Part shown: positions 49,451-62,420 of the stretch, piece after piece
Position numbering within the stretch: position 1 is the first letter of the stretch
Layout of the letters: every line of letters starts with the position of its first letter
Source: Isurus oxyrinchus
Lineage: Eukaryota
DNA: 64,000 bases
Assembly (NCBI GenBank): GCA_026770705.1
Contig: JANJGN010000042.1
Coordinates: 5,146,001 to 5,210,000, forward strand
Reading direction: 5' to 3'
Notes under the pieces: generated by a model
What the model was told of the DNA's origin: nothing
Database searches by the model: none
The model's input: only the letters and a program-made list of their open reading frames with translations
Made by a program: the position numbers and the translations under genes

Positions 49451-50211
49451 TGTCGATTTATTGATTTTTTTTAAACGAGTGTTGATCACTCATTGATTAG
49501 AAATGTTTAAAGGCTTCACCATAATCAAAGGATTGAGGGTTTAAATTTCGCCTCAGATCTGGAAAACATCACACTCGTGAGTGGCAGTGAAGGAAGAGGA
49601 GAGGAGAAGGGCTGTTTACAAAGCAAAGTACCTTCTTGCAGTACATCTGCTGAACAATATAAGCTTATCACAGCTCTGCTTTATTCACATTGAAATCCAG
49701 TGTGAAAAACAATTTCAAAGCTGAACAATTGGGAGGGGAGTGACTGTGGATAATCGGCACTGTGCACCTTCCTGTAATCAGTATCTGGGAGAACCAGGAA
49801 GATGAGATCCAAGTGTCTCTTTACCCACGAGTTTTACCCATTCCCACTAACTGACTGTCTGCATCGAGCAGCTCATTGACCTGGGGGCATGGCGAGCAGA
49901 GGGAGCTGGAGGAGAGGCAGGGACAGAAGCAGGATGAAATGCTACTAAAAAGTGCTTTCAATTTGATGTGTTTCAGTTGCTTTCGGTGGTGAATGTCTGC
50001 CTTGTAAGTTTCACAGGAGCCGCAGTGATTAGTTGGTGTATTTTTAAGTAGTAAGATTTAAAAGTAAAAAGATAAAAGCAAATTACTGCAAATGATGGAA
50101 ATCTGAAACAAACACAGAAAATGCTGGAAAAGCTCAGCAGCTGGAGGGAGACACGGAGTCAATGTTTCCAGACTGTAGGACTCTTAATCAGATTTTTAAA
50201 AAAAACTATAG

Positions 50212-50283
50212 CACCGAGCTTGGGGATCGAACCCACGACCTGAAATTAAGAGCCTCATACTCTACCGACTGAGTTAGCCAGGA
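50212..50283 (-). pseudogene. tRNA-Lys(CTT) pseudogene
   Basis: TCCTGGCTAACTCAGTCGGTAGAGTATGAGGCT-CTT-AATTTCAGGTCGTGGGTTCGATCCCCAAGCTCGGTG; acceptor stem broken. Confidence 0.78.
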
Positions 50284-52059
50284 TATGAAAAATTGCCTCG
50301 TAACCCACTATACATGGATAAACCTATTGCTTTCCACCTGACATCTCAACTTGGTCGCAAGTTATAAGTGTGGGACATAATCGACCAACAAAAGCCCGAA
50401 TGTTGCAATGCATTCCCCTCAATCATCAATAACATCATTCACATCTTTCACTACCTAGCTGCACTTCCTTCTAAATACTGCAATCCATTTTGCTCAGGAT
50501 TTTCTCCTGCATTTAATATTTACCTGCTTTGTGTCCTCATTTTGAAATCAGATTCGCTTCAATGTCCAACACAAATTGAATTGCAAACCTAACGGACAAA
50601 CAATTGAAAACAAATCACTTGGTAATACAAATCCCATGGTGCTCATTTTCAGATTCACAACAGTCAGCTTTTCAATAAAATGAAGGAATTTTACAGTGAA
50701 AAGAATTAGCAAGTTTGTGTGACTTTTAATTGTGACTCACTCACTCGGGTATTCTGTAAATGCTGCTCGGAGGTTTAGTGTGCGGGATATAATCTACCCG
50801 TGTTTTCCTGAGCCTGTGCTCGGTGTATTGTGAGGTTTGGCCCGGGTTGGAGTATTTCGCGTCCCAGGGATGGGCAGTAACTGCTGATTGAAGCTCCAGT
50901 CGCTGCTTTCAGCGGGCTGTGGGTGATTGGAGAGTGTGGGGCAGGAATATTGTTGCTTTGCTGCTTTTCCCTGTCTCACTCATCATGGACCTGAGGAAGA
51001 CTTAGTAATTGATGGGTTCGTTTGATTCCAACAATTTCATGAATTTCTAGTGGGTTCCAGAGTAGGTCCAAATCTTCTCTCACTGTATTTGACAGAAAAC
51101 GTAATTTTAAAAAGAAGCTGTTTTTGTGGGAGCTGACTGGACAGCAAAAGACCTGCCACCGTTTTGGGGATGATATCTTGCAGCCCAAGTATCCAATCAC
51201 AATCCAGAACTGTGTGGCAATGATTGGTGATGATGGGGGAGGGGGGGTGGGGAAACAGTAAAAACCTTCACCCCCTGGGTGGTTTTGAAACACTAACCTT
51301 TCAGTTAACAGGCAAACATGCTGAACAATTGTATCACAGACACTTACACAAACCTGACCGAAAAGGTATCAGAACCAGGGTGTCAGTGAGTCTCGTCTTC
51401 AGATTGCTACTACCCAGATGGCTATCGCACGCTATCAGTTTTATACTTCCAAAAAAAGGGTGAGACATTCATTATGGATATATGGAAACAGTCTAATCTC
51501 ACCCACTACAGACACATCCAAGTCACCGGGAATCAGCTCTCCTGCAACCGGTGCCATTTCCCTTCAAGCCTTTCATTGTCTTGTCTGTTACCAAGTATTC
51601 TGACACAGAAAGAGGTGTCCAAAATACTTAAACAGTCGCTTGGTTGTACGGAATTTGATTATAACTGTAAAAAGAGACAAGCTGTCAAAGCTTTTCGACT
51701 TGCACTCACCAGGACAGACACAAGAATCCCAAATTTCAAAGACAACAATTTCTACTGCATGAGAAAAGGGTGCAGATTGGTTGGTCCGACAGCTCTGATT
51801 GGTTGTTGCCATGGAGAACACAGCAAGGAGCTATCATCCCCTGTGCTTTTGTTTAATTCCACAATAGGCCACTTGTTCCTTCTGCCTGCAGAGGACAGGC
51901 CCCTGTGGATGAACATATGTAACTTCTAGCAAGTGTAAGTCAGCCATATTATGAGCCCGACTGATAATTTTTGAAATTTGATGTTCTTCCCTCTATCCTG
52001 ATGAATACAAGATTAAACATTTTGACAAAATGTCTTTTTTTTATTAATACTCAATTGTC

Positions 52060-52690
52060 TTAAAGGGGGAAAGTGTGGTAGACAGAGGGAGAGAATCTCA
52101 GAGCTTGGGGTCAAGGGAACTGAAGGCACGGACGCTAATGGTGGAGCAATTAAAACAGGGAATGCTAGAATTAGAGCTGTGCAGATACCATGGAGGGTTG
52201 TGGGTCTGCAGGAGATTGCAGAGATTGGGAGAGAGGAGGCCATGGGAGGATTTGAAAATAAGGCTGAGAATTTTAAAATCAAGTTGCTGCTTGAACGGGA
52301 GACAAGAAAGGTCAGGGAATGGGCCTAGCTGTGAGTGAAGAAACAGACAGGAAAAATATGGATGTCTTCAAGGTTACGGAGGGTAGAATGTCGGAGACCA
52401 GCCAGAAGTGTGTTGGAATGTTCGAGTCTGGAGGTAAAAATGGCATTGAGACACTCCTGAGACAGGGCTGAGGTCAGCTGATATTACGGAGGTGGAAACA
52501 GGTGATCTTAGTGATGGCACAGACATGAGGTCAGCAGCTCATGAGAGCTCGAGATCAAATGTGACACCAAGTTTGTGAACAGACTGGTTTAATCTCAGAC
52601 TGTTCTCAGGGAGAGGGATGGAGTTGGTATCTGGGAAATGGAGATTGGAGCAGGGGCCGAAAACTGTGTCTTCAGTCTGCTCAGTGTTTA
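52060..52690 (-). mobile_element. Decayed LINE fragment (L2-like)
   Basis: Minus-strand remnants (SRLEHSNTLL, PILKSSHGL, WHLxVP-like) typical of the C-terminal part of LINE ORF2. Confidence 0.5.
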
Positions 52691-53512
52691 AATGGAGTTA
52701 ATTAGTCATCAGAAAGAGGAACCAGAATGGGCCATGAGACTGATCCCAGGTTTAACTTAGTTAGAGAGGGAGAGAAGGAAGGAAGGAAACCCTGGGAGGT
52801 TTGAAGAAACCACCTTCATGACCACTCATTTAATCTCCACACAGTAAGTTTTGGACACAAGGTTAACGTCTGCTATTCTGTATGGTCAGACAGGGGGTTT
52901 CAGATTAATGTTTTGTCAATAGAAATCACTGAAGTGAATGATCAAACATATTGTCACCTCCCGTTGTAGAAATTTGTTAAGAAGATTCAGAAAGAATTGT
53001 CCAAAATTCTGTTTGGATTTCAGCACAGGGAGGAGGGAGAGTGTGTGGGACGGGGATTTGCAACTTTCGGGGAACAAGAGAGGAAAAAATGTTCCATAGA
53101 AACTAGAATTGTCTGTTCTGAATTTCTATCCTGTTCGTTCAGTGATGGCTCTTGTAAACTCCTTTTACAGAGAATTAGAAGGGAGGATTTTCAGGCAGGA
53201 AACTCAAACCAAACATCACATCAAGATGTGACAGAGTCACTCGATTCATCAGGACCTGAATATCATCACCGTTGAATGTGGAGGGAGAAACGTTTGTCTG
53301 CGGGAAAATATTTCAAACATCAGTGTAACTGGAAAAGCACCGAGACACACACACACCCGAGTGAGTGTGTTCCAGTGAACTGACTGTGGAAAGTTACGCA
53401 GCCTGAAAAAAATCACACCATTAACAGCGGGGAGAAACTGCACACGTGTTCTCTGTATGGACGAGGCTTCAACTGATCATCAAACCTGGAGAGACACAGA
53501 GACACCTGCACC

Positions 53513-54773
53513 ATGGAGAAACCGTGGAAATGTGAGGACTGTGGGAAAGGATTCAATTGTCCTTCCAAACTGGAAATCCATCGACGCAGTCACACTGGGG
53601 AAAGGCCGTTCACCTGCTCCGAGTGTGGGAAGGGGTTTACTCAGTTATCCAGCCTGCTGACACACCAGCGAGTTCACACTGGAGAGAGACCATTCACCTG
53701 CTCCGAGTGTGGGAAAGGATTCAAGCGGTTATCCCACCTGCTGAGACACCAGCAACTTCACACTAAGTGGGACCATTCACCTGCTCCGAGTGTGGGAAAG
53801 GATTCAAGTGGTTATCCCACCTGCTGACACACCAGCAAGTTCACACTGGAGAGAGACCATTCACCTGCTCCAAGTGTGGTAAGGGATTCACTCGGTCTTC
53901 AAGCCTGCTGACACACCAGCGAGTTCACACTGGGGAAAGACCATTCACGTGCTCCCAGTGTAGGAAGGGATTCACTCAGTCATCCGCCCCGCTGAGACAC
54001 CAGCGAGTTCACACTGAAGATAGACCATTCACCTGCATGGTATGTGGGAAAGGATTCACTGGCTCCTCTGACCTGCTGAAGCACCAGCGAATTCACACTG
54101 AGGAGAGGCCATTCAGTTGTACTTCCTGTAGGAAGAGATTCAGGACTTCATTCAACCTCAAAGTGCACCAGCGAATTCACACTGGGGAGAGACCTTTCAC
54201 CTGCTCCAAGTGTGGGAAGGGATTCACTCAGTCATCCACCCTGCTGACACACCAGCGAGTTCACACTCGGGAGAAACCGTTCACCTGCTCCAAGTGTGGG
54301 AAGGGATTCACTCAGTTATCAAACCTGCTGACACACCAGCGAGTTCACACTGGGGAGAGACCATTCACCTGCTCCAAGTGTAGGAAAGGATTCACTCAGT
54401 CATCCCACCTGCTGACACACCAGCGAGTTCACACTGGGGAGACACCATTCTCCTGCTCTGAGTGTGGGAAGGGATTCACTCAGTCATCAAACCTACTGAA
54501 ACACCAGCGAGTTCACACAAGGAGAGGCCGTTCACCTGTACTTCCTGTGGAAAAGGGATTCAGCCTTCATTCCACCTCAGTGTACACTAGTGAATTCACA
54601 TTGGAGAGAGACCATCCACCTTCTCCGAGTGTGGAAAGGGATTCACTCATTTATCCAACCTGTTGAGACACCAGCGAGTTCACACTGGGGAGAGGCTGTT
54701 CACCTTCTCCAAATGGAGGCAGGGATTCACTTGCTCATCCCACCTGCTCAGACAGCAATGAGTTCACAAGTGA
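53513..54773 (+). pseudogene. Tandem C2H2 (Kruppel-type) zinc-finger gene, frameshifted; ~12 intact + ~3 degenerate fingers
   Basis: [14 protein letters not shown]...HTGERPF repeats; frameshifts at ~53767 and ~54520, in-frame TAG TGA at ~54588; acceptor ttttacag at ~53170; AATAAA 54918-54923. Confidence 0.88.
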
Positions 54774-55498
54774 CTGCAGGGGTTGGATTCTGCTGTTATT
54801 GCTGCTGTTAATCACATCCAGAACTGAACCATGTTCATTCTGACAGTTGGGGTTTGTTTCTATTGATGTTAATAATCCCTGTGACTGGGCTGAAATTTAA
54901 TATCTTGATGTCTGTTAAATAAATCAGTTTTGTTTCAAACTCTCAGAATTTCAAGTCCTTGATTTCTCCAGGATAAGAGGAGACTGATTGATGTCCTGTT
55001 CCCAACTTCTCCAATTTTGGATCTTTTGTCCTTTCTAACCTTTGATTCTTTCAGTTCTCAGACCTTTGGTTACTCTCTTGGACAACTCCCAGCTCCCCAC
55101 ATCTCCCAGAGAGCCTTGGGATCCAGGGAAGTATCAGTATTAAAAACAGAAAATGTTGGAAATAACCGATACTTTTCCAAGTGTCAGCTGATTTTCTCCC
55201 AGATCATTGTCTCCAACCTTTCCCTATCACTGATGTGAAGCTGATTGTCCTGTACTTGCAGTGTTTTTGAACAGGGGTGTAACATTTACAATCTGTCAGT
55301 CCTTTGACACCACTACTGTATAAGGAGGATTGGAAGATTGTGACCAGATCCTCCACAAGTTCCATCTGAAGAAAGCTGTCTCTGACAGTGCAGCAGTCCC
55401 TCAATGTCACCCTGGAGTGTCAGCCTAGATAATGTGCTCAGGTTTATTAATATTTCCTCTTGTTATTGATGTGGATCATTAAGAAACAATGGACTCTT

Positions 55499-55652
55499 AT
55501 GATGTCATCCAATCCCAGTGCGATGATGTCATCCAGTCCCAGTGGGATGATGTCATCCAGTCCCAGTGGGATGATGTCATCCAGTCCCAGTGGGATGATG
55601 TCATCCAGTCCCAGTGCGATGATGTCATCCAGTCCTAGTGTGATGATGTCAT
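55499..55652 (+). repeat. 24-bp minisatellite, ~6 copies
   Basis: Unit ATGATGTCATCCAGTCCCAGTG(G/C)G. Confidence 0.92.
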
Positions 55653-55828
55653 GAAAACTATTAAATACCAGCGGAGCCTTTGTGGTGAAAACAGTTTTGT
55701 TCGAGATGGCAGCAAGTCCATTACTGATAGATCAGCAAATGGAATTAATGGGAAAGAAAGTGAGGCAGCTCATGAACATCAGGAATAGTGTTGTGGATTA
55801 TGAAGACGAGAAACATGTCCAGTATATG

Positions 55829-56425
55829 TCCCACCTCCCGACACTCTGCCCCATCTCCCGACACTCTGCCCCATCTCCCGACACTCTGCCCCATCTCCCG
55901 ATATGGAATTCATTGCCACAGAAGGCGGTGGAGGCCAGGTCATTGAATGTATTAAAGACTGAGATAGATAGATTCTTGACTGGTAAAGGGATCAAAGGTT
56001 ACAAGGAGAAGGCGGGAGAATGGGGTTGAGAAACCTATCAGCCATGATTGAATGGCGGGGCAGACTCGATGGGCTGAATGGCCTAATTTCTGCTCCTATG
56101 TCTTATGGTCTTATGACACCCTGCACCCATCTCCCGAAACTCTGTCTCCATCTCCTGACACTCTGCCCCTATCTTCCGACCCTCTGCCCCATCTCCCGAC
56201 ACTCTGCCCCCATCTCCTTACACTCTGCCCCCATCTCCTTACACTCTGCCCCCATCTCCCGACACTCTGCCCCCATCTCCTGACACTCTGCCCCCATCTC
56301 CCGATACTTTGCACCCATCTCCCGACACTCTGCCCCCATCTCCCGACACTCTGCCCCCATCTCCCGACACACTGCCCCCATCTCTCGACACTCTGCCCCC
56401 ATCTCTTACACTCTGCCCCATCTCT
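55829..56425 (+). repeat. 20/21-bp minisatellite interrupted by a CR1 3' end (55901-56115)
   Basis: Unit CTCCCGACACTCTGCCCC(C)AT on both sides of ATATGGAATTCATTGCCACAGAAGGCGGTGGAGG...CCTATGTCTTATGGTCTTATG. Confidence 0.9.
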
Positions 56426-57168
56426 TGAGCAGTTTGTCTCTACCTCTGCTGAACCCACACAGGATGCACCATGTTGAAACCAGAGGAAAGGATTGGGTGA
56501 GAAATTATAAATCACCAAGGGTGCGCACATGGGGGCTTGACAAAATATTAAGTTTCCTGTTTTTAACAATGAAACTTAAAACGCATTGATTGGAACCACT
56601 TCCAGCTCTTGTCCATTCTGACATCCCGTGGGCCAGCTCACCCTCTCACTGCGTTCATGCTGAATATCAATCCAGGCTGGGAGCCATTGGGTGGATGTGC
56701 AATGGGTGGATGAGTGGGTGAAGGAATGTTCAGTTCACAGGGAGGGGGATGGGGGACGGGGGTTGGCGCTGGTGGTGGGAAGTGTTCATTCTGAAGGAGT
56801 CCCACCTGAAACAGTGACTATTAACTTATCACTTTCTAATGGTTATTGACCTGCTGTGTATTTCCCCAGGTTCGTTCTGTTCAGTTTTTCAGTATTTATA
56901 TATTTTTATTTTTGCTGAAACATGTTCTTGTTCTGACACTGAAATCCAGAGGATATTAACTCTGTTAAAGTCAATCCCCATCGAGTACACAGGAGGACTC
57001 AACTGGTTCAAACTTCTTATGGTATCAATAAACAAAAATCCTACAAGATGTTTATTTGGGGAATTGTTTTTCTCTGAGACCCCGGATGGTCAAACTATGT
57101 CCCAAAGTTCAGATTTGGGCCATGAGCCCAAGGTTACCTTGCTACCAAATTACATAAAAATTGACCAC

Positions 57169-57242
57169 AGGCCCCAGTGAGAATTGAACTCACGACCCCT
57201 GGTTTACAAGGCCAGTGCTCTAAACCACTGAGCTATGGAGCC
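57169..57242 (-). tRNA. tRNA-Thr(TGT), one anticodon-stem mismatch
   Basis: GGCTCCATAGCTCAGTGGTTTAGAGCACTGGCCT-TGT-AAACCAGGGGTCGTGAGTTCAATTCTCACTGGGGCCT; TTTTT ~9 nt downstream. Confidence 0.8.
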
Positions 57243-57817
57243 GCTTACTTTTTCCCCCTCACAGTAAGTCTCTGGTGGAACGAGGAACAGGGCAACGTTC
57301 TGCATGGATGATATTTGATGGACCTGGAAATGTCTGAAAGGTAGAACAGGAAGTTCGAGATGCGACATGAAAGCGGCAGAATTTGGCGTGTGTCAGTTGC
57401 TTCCAGTGATGAATGTATGCCGCGGTGATGTGAGAGATTTTACTGCCGCATGTGTACACTGACCAATCAAGCACAACTGCTCTTTGAAAGCAGCGCGCCA
57501 GGCCGAATGGCCTCTTCCTTTGCTGGAACTGTCTATAATTTTATGTTTCCCAGCATAATTTCCCAGTCATTCCCACATTTTATTACACGCTTGGGGGAAT
57601 GTACTTTCTTACATTCTCGCTTTTGAAGCCAAGACATTGAGCAAACTCAGAGTTTTTCTTAAATTCCTGAGCAGAATTTGGAACCAGACCAGTTGAACGA
57701 CACTGTATTGGTGCCAATCCTTCACTGCAGCTACCCCTTAAAAACACCTCTGGTGAAAGTGTCTGAAAAAGGGCAAATGTGGCCCAGATAAAGCACGTTG
57801 CAAGAGTTATAGACAGC

Positions 57818-57890
57818 TTTCTTCGTGACTTAGAGATAAGGATTCGGCCCTTTCACCGCCGTGGCCCAGGCTTGATTCCTAGCCAGGCAA
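57818..57890 (+). pseudogene. tRNA-Glu pseudogene
   Basis: ...GGATTCGGCCCTTTCACCGCCGTGGCCCAGGCTTGATTCCTAGCCAGGCAA. Confidence 0.68.
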
Positions 57891-60739
57891 TGAAGGTTTA
57901 TTGATCTGGTACAAACTGTTAAAACAGGCCTGATTTACTTATTGATTGAAAACGGAAAACGCACAACAGCTCCGCTCGAATCAGTGGAGTGAGAATTGAA
58001 ATTTCACATCAGAGCTGCAAATGTCACACGTGGAACAGCTTCGAGAAGAAATACAGTTCCTAATGTCCGAGAGATTTCAGTTTGGACTATTTGTATTTAC
58101 AAATTAATTCTCTCGATGTGTCCATTGCCTTAACTAATCCACCACAAGGACTCGGTGTCTGTTTAAATGTTGCTCAGTGAAAATTTCAAACGCCCTCCAC
58201 TTTGTAACATACGCACACTTAGTAACTGAACAGTCTCCACTCAAAAATACAGGAAGAAAATTCCTCCTAAACCGGTTTTTATTCTCTCTGTACGATTTTA
58301 AAATGAAGTCAAACAACTAAGGTGAATAAAGTGGCGATTGCTAAAAATGAGGAACTGAAGCACATTGACATACACAGCGGAACACACACAGACATGTCCA
58401 CCGAGAGGGACAGAGGGCTAAGGAGAGACAACCACCCAGATAGAAAGGATATCACCAAACTCGCTCAGTTTTGTTCCATTTCCATCTGCAGATTTCGCAA
58501 ATCCTTGCAGATGAATGGAAATAAGAAAGCGCGGGAGTTTTTGTTTGATTCTATTTACCCGATAACTAATTCTGTTGGTCAAAATCGGGAATAATGAGAA
58601 CCGCAGTCAGCAAAATAACATTGGGGAAACTCTGATGGATGCCAGCACCATCGCCCTCAACACTCGTCCGCGACTAACAGTACCTCTTTCGGGAAAGCAT
58701 GTTCATATCAAATCAGAGCATTCAGGAGATGGCGTGTTGGCATTGTCACTGGGCTAGAAACCCAGAGATTAAAGCAAAATACTGTGGATGCGGGAAACCT
58801 GAAGTGAAAACAGAAAATGCTGGAAAAATTCAGCATGTCTGGCAATATTTCTGGAGAGAGAAATATAGTTAATGTTTCAATTCCATGTGACTCTTCTTTG
58901 GAGTTCTTTGAAAGCAGCACACAGGGCTGAATGGCCTCTTTCTTTGCTGTAACTTTCTTTAATTTGATATTTCCCAACACCACTTCTTTCACACTCATTC
59001 TGCCATTTTATAATCCACTTTTGCGAGTGGGTTCAAAGCTCAACTATGTGCACAAGACTGGAAGGAGTCTGCGACTCTGTGTAATTGGCATTCTGCACAT
59101 TCCTGTCATCAGTGTCTGGGAGAATCAGGAAGATCCTGGTGTCTCTTTAGCCTGTTATCTGTATACCCATCACACTGTGTATTACATTCACACTAACTGA
59201 CTGTGTGTGGTCAAACAGCTCCTGGAAGGGCGGAGAGAGCTGGAGATGAGACAGAAAGAGATGTGACATGGAAGTGCTTTGAATCAGTGGTGAATATCCG
59301 TCATGTGCCAGTTTCAAAGGAACAGAGGTTGGTTGTTAGTTGTTTGAAAGAAGCTGCACTCACCGTGCAGTGAGCCCATGACCTGAGATTAAGAGTCTTT
59401 GATCCACCAGTTGAACTAGCCGGGCACACATAACATATGTATCCCATATCCCAACATACATGGAGACAACTGTTGCTTTCCACCTGGAGCCTCAGCTTGT
59501 TCTGAATTTCATAGTGTAGAATGTAATCGAACTACACAAGCCCCAAGGTTGCAATACATTCCTTTCAATCAACAATAACATCATTCACACCTTCCACTTC
59601 TTAGCTGTACCTCCTTACAAACATTGCAAACCCCCCTGCATCTCTCATCCTGATATTTTTCTCTGTAACATTTTCATCTGAAGCTGCACAATTAATGTGA
59701 ATAAAGTTTGTGATGGTAAAAATGTTTTCACCTCCTCGGGAACTGAACCACATTGACACACACAGAGGAACAAACACAGGGAGAAGCATCGAGAGTGACA
59801 GAGTAAAATTGCCCTATTGGTCGAAAAGGTGCCAGCTCACAGTTAAAGCAGGTGTGTGCGGTGTTTCACTTTAATAGTAACACTGAGGAGAGACAATAAA
59901 AATATAAATGGCTGCGGAAAAAAGGCGGGATTGCTCAATTCCTCTTCCATGAGCTGGCACGGACACGATAGGCCGAATGTCCTCCTCCTCTACTGTGGCC
60001 GCCTCTAATTTTATACCAACAAAATTACCCTGTGGATAGGGGCAGTCAGCATAGCCGAGTGTTTTAGGCGATGGAGTCCAAATCCATTGGTGTTTCCTGC
60101 TTTTCATTATTCCTGGTTTTAACTCTGTGTCTACAGAGTTAATTATCCGCTACATTGAATAAGATTCAACAAAACAAATGGGTGTTTTCCTATTTCTGTT
60201 CATTCACGAAACCTGCAGTGGAAATGGAGCAAAACTTGGTGTCATGCTTGCTTTCAGGGAGTTTGTCTCTTCTTGGGATTTGAAACTACGCCTCAATAAA
60301 GAATGAAACCTTAAAACCATTGACAACCACTACAGCTGCGCTGGCAAGCTCAGGATGCTTCCTCATATTGCCTTGACTGGATCTGGACTCCATCGCCTGA
60401 ACCACTGGGCCACGATGACTGGTCCTATGGATAGGTTAGTGTTGTTGGTATAAAATTATAGATGGCTACAGCAGAGGAGGAGGAAAGTCGGCCCAGTCTG
60501 TCCATGCCAGCTTATGGAAGAGGAATTTAGCTAATTCGACAAACCCACATTTTCCCCACAGCCATTGATATTTGTATTGTGTCTCCTCGTTCTTACTGTT
60601 AAAGTGGAACACTGCACACACCTGCTCTAACTGTGAGCTGGCACCTTTTCAGCCAACAGCACAATGTTAGCAACAGTGGGATTAGGGACCATGTCTCAAT
60701 AAAGGGTGAAACCTTAAACCAGCACCTACAACAACTCAG

Positions 60740-61480
60740 CTGAATTACCGAGCTCAGGATGGTATTGCCCATTGCATTGTCTGTTGTTGTTACTGAAACA
60801 GAACAGAATCAAAGCAGCAACAATACATCATAAGGCACCACAAGCCTCCTCCGTCACTTAATAAGATCATGGCAGATCCCCAACCTCAACACCAATTTCT
60901 CGCCCGATCCCGATCGCCCTTCATTCCCTTAGAGTCCAAAAATCAGGAGAATTTTTGGATGTTTTTTCTTCCATTGATCCGAGAGTTCTGTGGACACCTG
61001 GGTGAAATCAGCAATAATAAGAAGCACAGTCGGTAAGATAGGAACTTTCCTGGGGAAACCCCAGTGGATTTTAAAAGCATCATTTTCACCACTCAATGCA
61101 GAGTGACACCTTCAACCACCTTGAGCCACTCTACCGAACTCAGGCTATTAGTGCCCATTATCTTGGCTTTTGTTACTACTCAAATAGAACTGGAGCAAAG
61201 TAGCAGAGATACTTCATAAGGCCCTACAAGCCTCCTCCATCACTTAATAAGATCATGGCGAATCTCCAGCCTCAACACCAATTTCCCACCCGATCCCGAT
61301 CGCCCTTCATTCCCTTAGAGTCCAAAAATCAGGAGAATTTTTGGATGTTTTTTACCATTGATCCGGGAGTTCTGTGGACACCTGGTTGAAATCAGCAATA
61401 ACAATAAGTAAGGTTTGAATTTCCCTGCGGAGACTCCAATGGATTTTAGAACCATCCATTTAACCACTCGGCTACAGTGA
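60740..61480 (+). repeat. ~387-bp tandem duplication, each unit ending in a decayed tRNA-Ser (- strand)
   Basis: CATAAGGC..ACAAGCCTCCTCC...GAAATCAGCAATAA at ~60829-61020 and ~61216-61407. Confidence 0.8.
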
Positions 61481-62346
61481 CTGACCAAGGATCCAATGCT
61501 TTTCACACATTCATCAATAACACCATTCACAGCTGCTGCTTCTCAGCTGCACCTCCTTCCAAACATTGTGATCCATTTTCCTCAGGATTTGTTTCTGGAT
61601 TTAATGTTTAGTTGCTTTGTGTCCTCATTTTGACATCAGAATCACTTCAATATCCAACACAATTTGAATTACAAACCTGACGGACAAACAATGGAAAACA
61701 AGTCACCCAGTAACACAAGTCCCATGATGCTCATTTTCAGCTTCACAACAGTTAACTTTTCAATAAAATGAAGGAATTTTACAGTGAAAACATTTAGAAA
61801 GTTGGTGTGACTTTCATTTGTAACTCGCTCACTCGGGTATTCTGTAAATGCTGCTCGGAGGTTTAGTTAGCGTGATATAATCTACCTGTGTTTTCCTGAG
61901 CCTGTGCTCGGTGTATTGGGAGGTTTGGTCCGGGTTGGAGTATCTCGTGTCCCAGGGATGGGCAGTAACCCGCTGACTGAAGCTGCAGTCGCTGCTTTCT
62001 GCTGGCAGCGGGTGATTGGAGAGTGCGGGGCCGGAATATTGCTGCTTTTCAGCTTTTCCCTATCTCACTCACTGTGGAGCTGAGGAAGACAGAATCATTG
62101 ATGGGTTTGTTTCAATCCAATAGCTTCATAAATTTCCAACGTGCTAGATATCGGTACATGGTATGTCTAATTGTTTTCTCATTATATTTGAAATTAATAT
62201 TAAAAAAAAGCCACTTGCCTGGGAGCTCACTTAATAACAGTGGAACTGGCAACATCTTGGGTCTCTTTCATTTCAGCGCAAGGAGCCAATAACAGCCCGG
62301 AGCTGTGTGATAATCAATGCTGATGGGGAGAAAACAGTGAAAGCTT

Positions 62347-62420
62347 CGCCTCTGAGTGGTCTCGAAACACCAACCTTTCAGTTAACAGCTGAAAGCGCTG
62401 ACCAACTGCACCACAGATAT
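62347..62420 (-). pseudogene. tRNA-Asn(GTT) pseudogene
   Basis: ATATCTGTGGTGCAGTTGGTCAGCGCTTTCAGCT-GTT-AACTGAAAGGTTGGTGTTTCGAGACCACTCAGAGGCG. Confidence 0.75.

Noticed and set aside
55460-56569. Repetitive ORFs (MMSSSPSG, PTLCPHL, MGAECRE) and a CRISPR-like periodicity
   Set aside because: Head-to-tail minisatellites without unique spacers or cas genes, in eukaryotic DNA
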